This document shows, piece after piece, positions 61,531-64,000 of a stretch of DNA of 64,000 bases. A program made the translations under genes and the position numbers. The notes beneath the pieces were generated by a model, which saw nothing but the letters and a program-made list of their open reading frames with translations, was not told the DNA's origin and did not search any database. Position 1 is the first letter of the stretch. Every line of letters begins with the position of its first letter. This DNA is from an uncultured Candidatus Actinomarinales bacterium (GTDB lineage Bacteria > Actinomycetota > Acidimicrobiia > Actinomarinales > Actinomarinaceae), in the NCBI GenBank assembly GCA_943789065.1, contig CALSSQ010000001.1:651827-715826 (forward strand), written 5' to 3'.

Positions 61531-62238
61531 TTATTTTTCAGCTACTATCGATATCTTTATACCTATAGGGTTTAAAACTTCCCATGCGTTAAATTTTGTA
61601 GGTGCATCAAAGCCAAACCAGGTTGTATCAATTTCAGTTACGCCTGAAACATAAACCTTATCATCCTCCATAAAAGCTGTTATTGAAAAAGGTACGTTTA
61701 TCTCAATATTTCTGATACTGAGAACGCCAACTATTGTCTCGTCTATTTTGGAGTCAAAATTATTATTTGGTAATACAATTTCATCAACACTGTAAACCGC
61801 ATTTGGGAATATCTTTGACTCTAGCCATTTAGTCTTGATGGCACTATCTCTTATACTGCTACTACTTTTTAATGTCGATAAATCGGCAGTTATGGATAAG
61901 TTTCTAACCTGTAAACAAGAATCAGCTAAATCACACTCTCCTAGGGTTAATTCGAAATCTCCAGAAACTTCATTAGTTATCCCCTCTACTATCTCTAAAT
62001 TTGCATTGAGAAATTGTTTAGGCGCAAGGTAGCTAACTGTACTTAATTCTTTATTCACTGTGTATATAGCTCCATCAAAAGATTCCAGTTGAGTAACCTC
62101 AATACTTGTTGTTGTGGATGTATCATCAGTTTCTTGAATCTCTAAAATTGTAGTTTCAACAGATGACTCCTCATCTGATACTGTATCTTGAGATGAACAG
62201 AATGAGAAGAATAGAATTAAGATTAATAATTTTTTCAT
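61531..62238 (-). CDS. YceI family lipid/polyisoprenoid-binding lipoprotein
   Basis: Signal/lipobox FSFC, Thr-rich linker, L.S....RD...L....FP YceI motif; likely start 62238. Confidence 0.78.
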   Translation of the reverse strand: MKKLLILILFFSFCSSQDTVSDEESSVETTILEIQETDDTSTTTSIEVTQLESFDGAIYTVNKELSTVSYLAPKQFLNANLEIVEGITNEVSGDFELTLGECDLADSCLQVRNLSITADLSTLKSSSSIRDSAIKTKWLESKIFPNAVYSVDEIVLPNNNFDSKIDETIVGVLSIRNIEINVPFSITAFMEDDKVYVSGVTEIDTTWFGFDAPTKFNAWEVLNPIGIKISIVAEK

Positions 62239-62289
62239 ATTTTTATTGTAGTACTGATTCTTTAAAGACATAAAATGCTAGATTTGAAT

Positions 62290-62868
62290 ATGGCCTTAAC
62301 CTCAAGAAAAGTAATACAAGTATTAGTAGGCACAACTTTAATCGGTACCGGCGTTGCATTAAATTTTTCATCAAAATTGGGGCTAGGGCCATGGGGAGTG
62401 TTTCACGAAGGTATCTCCCTCAATACAAACCTCACGTTTGGGAATGCAATCATAGCTACAGGCATTTTTGTAACACTTTTATGGATACCACTTAAACAAA
62501 AACCTGGAATTGCAACACTTGTTGATATTTTCTGGATAGGGACTGTTGCAGATTTAGTAATTAGTTTAGATCTTAATGCTGAAACTTTAGTCCTTAAGTG
62601 GATATTTGTCTTTATAGGAATACTATGTATAGGCTCTGGAACTGCAATATATGTTGGAGCAGACATGGGTTCTGGACCAAGAGACGGCGTAATGGTGGGT
62701 CTCGAAAGCAAGGGATTAAAAATTGGAATGGCTAGGAACGTAATAGAAGTCACTGCACTAACTCTGGGTTGGTTACTTGGTGGAACTGTTGGTTTATCTT
62801 CAGTTGTAATAGCCATATCAATTGGACCAGTTGTCCAATTAGTCATTCCTCATTTTGACCTTAGGTAA
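62290..62868 (+). CDS. YczE/YyaS family membrane protein
   Basis: LGLGPW..F, PG..T, G.GPRDG.M, R...E; likely start 62290. Confidence 0.85.
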   Translation: MALTSRKVIQVLVGTTLIGTGVALNFSSKLGLGPWGVFHEGISLNTNLTFGNAIIATGIFVTLLWIPLKQKPGIATLVDIFWIGTVADLVISLDLNAETLVLKWIFVFIGILCIGSGTAIYVGADMGSGPRDGVMVGLESKGLKIGMARNVIEVTALTLGWLLGGTVGLSSVVIAISIGPVVQLVIPHFDLR

Positions 62869-62922
62869 ATTGTTATAATTACTTATTAATAGAAAATTAA
62901 AAAATATGTATAAGATAGCTTT

Positions 62923-63648
62923 ATGAGTCTTCAAATAACTCCTAAAGACATGCTCCGGACATTTATGTTATTTCCTTTATATATAACCTTTTTTGTAATA
63001 CTTTTATTAGTAATTATCTTCGCTTCCTTTTTACCTAACGGTAAAATACTGGGTACAAAACTATATAACATTTTTGGTTTATCGGGATTAATAGCTGCAG
63101 GGATTGATTTAAAAGTTACCGGTGCCGAAAAAATAGACGTATCTCAGAGCTATGTTGTTATATCTAATCATCCTTCTACTCTTGATATATTTACTCACAT
63201 CACCGCCTTACCTGTTTCAATTAGATTTCTTACTAAGACTGAGCTTTTTAGAATACCTATATTAAGTCGTGCTCTTAAAGTTCTTGGCCTACCTAGAATA
63301 GACAGAAAAAATGCTCAAATGAATCTTCCAAAAATTAATGAGTCAATTCAAAGGGTTATTGACAATAAAAACTCCATAATGATCTTTCCTGAAGGCACAA
63401 GAAGTAATCAAAAAGACTTGCTCCCTTTTAAAAAAGGGGCAGCACATGTCGCTAAACAGTTTGATTTACCAATTATTCCTGTTGTAACACACAATTCACA
63501 CAACTTAATGATCAAAGGATCAGTTTGGTTTAAATCTGGAAAAATTCATGTCCAAATATTAGATCCAATTACAAATATAGAAGATTATGATATTGACGAA
63601 CTTACTAATTTGATTTATTTAAAAGTAAGTGAGAACTTAACTTCCTAA
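62923..63648 (+). CDS. plsC: 1-acyl-sn-glycerol-3-phosphate acyltransferase
   Basis: NHPSTLD, IDR, FPEGTRS, FKKG, IIP. Confidence 0.88.
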   Translation: MSLQITPKDMLRTFMLFPLYITFFVILLLVIIFASFLPNGKILGTKLYNIFGLSGLIAAGIDLKVTGAEKIDVSQSYVVISNHPSTLDIFTHITALPVSIRFLTKTELFRIPILSRALKVLGLPRIDRKNAQMNLPKINESIQRVIDNKNSIMIFPEGTRSNQKDLLPFKKGAAHVAKQFDLPIIPVVTHNSHNLMIKGSVWFKSGKIHVQILDPITNIEDYDIDELTNLIYLKVSENLTS

Positions 63649-64000
63649 GTACTCATCTAAGAAAGTATTAAATTCTGGATGCTGAGTGCTTTCTTCAAGC
63701 TTTTTATCTAAGTTATTTTCTGAGGAAAATAAATAAAAGTCTTTAAAAACGTTTAAACCATAATTCTCAAGTTGGCTCGAAAGTGAACTATAAGCATCAT
63801 AAGAATTTCCGCCTTTGCCGAGTACCGCAGAAACAATTGCTGCTTTTTTATTTTGAAAAAGTTCATTGTACTTATAATCATTAAACGCAAGGGAGAGCCA
63901 ATCTAGTGTATTTTTAAGATGAGACGCATATCCACCATTAAAAACTGGACTAAAAATTATTATTTGATCACATTCAATTAGAGCATCTCTAATCTCAATA
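63637..64000 (-). CDS. NAD(P)H-dependent FMN reductase (5' end outside window)
   Basis: Manual translation ...CDQIIIFSPVFNGGYASHLKNTLDWLS...KKAAIVS...GG. Confidence 0.8.
   Translation of the reverse strand, partial: IEIRDALIECDQIIIFSPVFNGGYASHLKNTLDWLSLAFNDYKYNELFQNKKAAIVSAVLGKGGNSYDAYSSLSSQLENYGLNVFKDFYLFSSENNLDKKLEESTQHPEFNTFLDEYLGS

Noticed and set aside
62403..62846. 147-aa minus-strand ORF
   Set aside because: Antisense shadow of the YczE-family gene.

Overview
AT-rich, very densely packed 64-kb chromosomal segment of a streamlined actinobacterium. The WhiB, UPF0182/YlbL and DUF2342-like genes, low GC and minimal spacers suggest a marine Ca. Actinomarina-like member of the Acidimicrobiia (inference). 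Most of it is housekeeping: proB-obgE-rpmA-rplU-rne, mreBCD-mrdA-rodA, ndk-folC-valS-clpX-clpP-tig, seven tRNAs, acs, cimA, rph/rdgB/pdxH, aconitase, sdhCDAB, sucCD-icd-mdh, hup, pcrA and trpS, plus an ABC importer with an embedded acyl-CoA ligase. No integrase, transposase or CRISPR array is visible. The most notable signals are: (1) a standalone protein with two tandem Cas4/AddB-like 4-Cys PD-(D/E)XK domains, one apparently dead and one active; (2) a divergently oriented ~135-nt rod-shaped RNA candidate with a central bubble (6S/Ms1-like fold) next to that gene; (3) a compact isoleucine attenuator (leader MMNIIIIN) upstream of cimA; (4) single-base frameshifts in both mreC and mreD; (5) two small ORFs missing from the ORF track; and (6) widespread leaderless promoter architecture.
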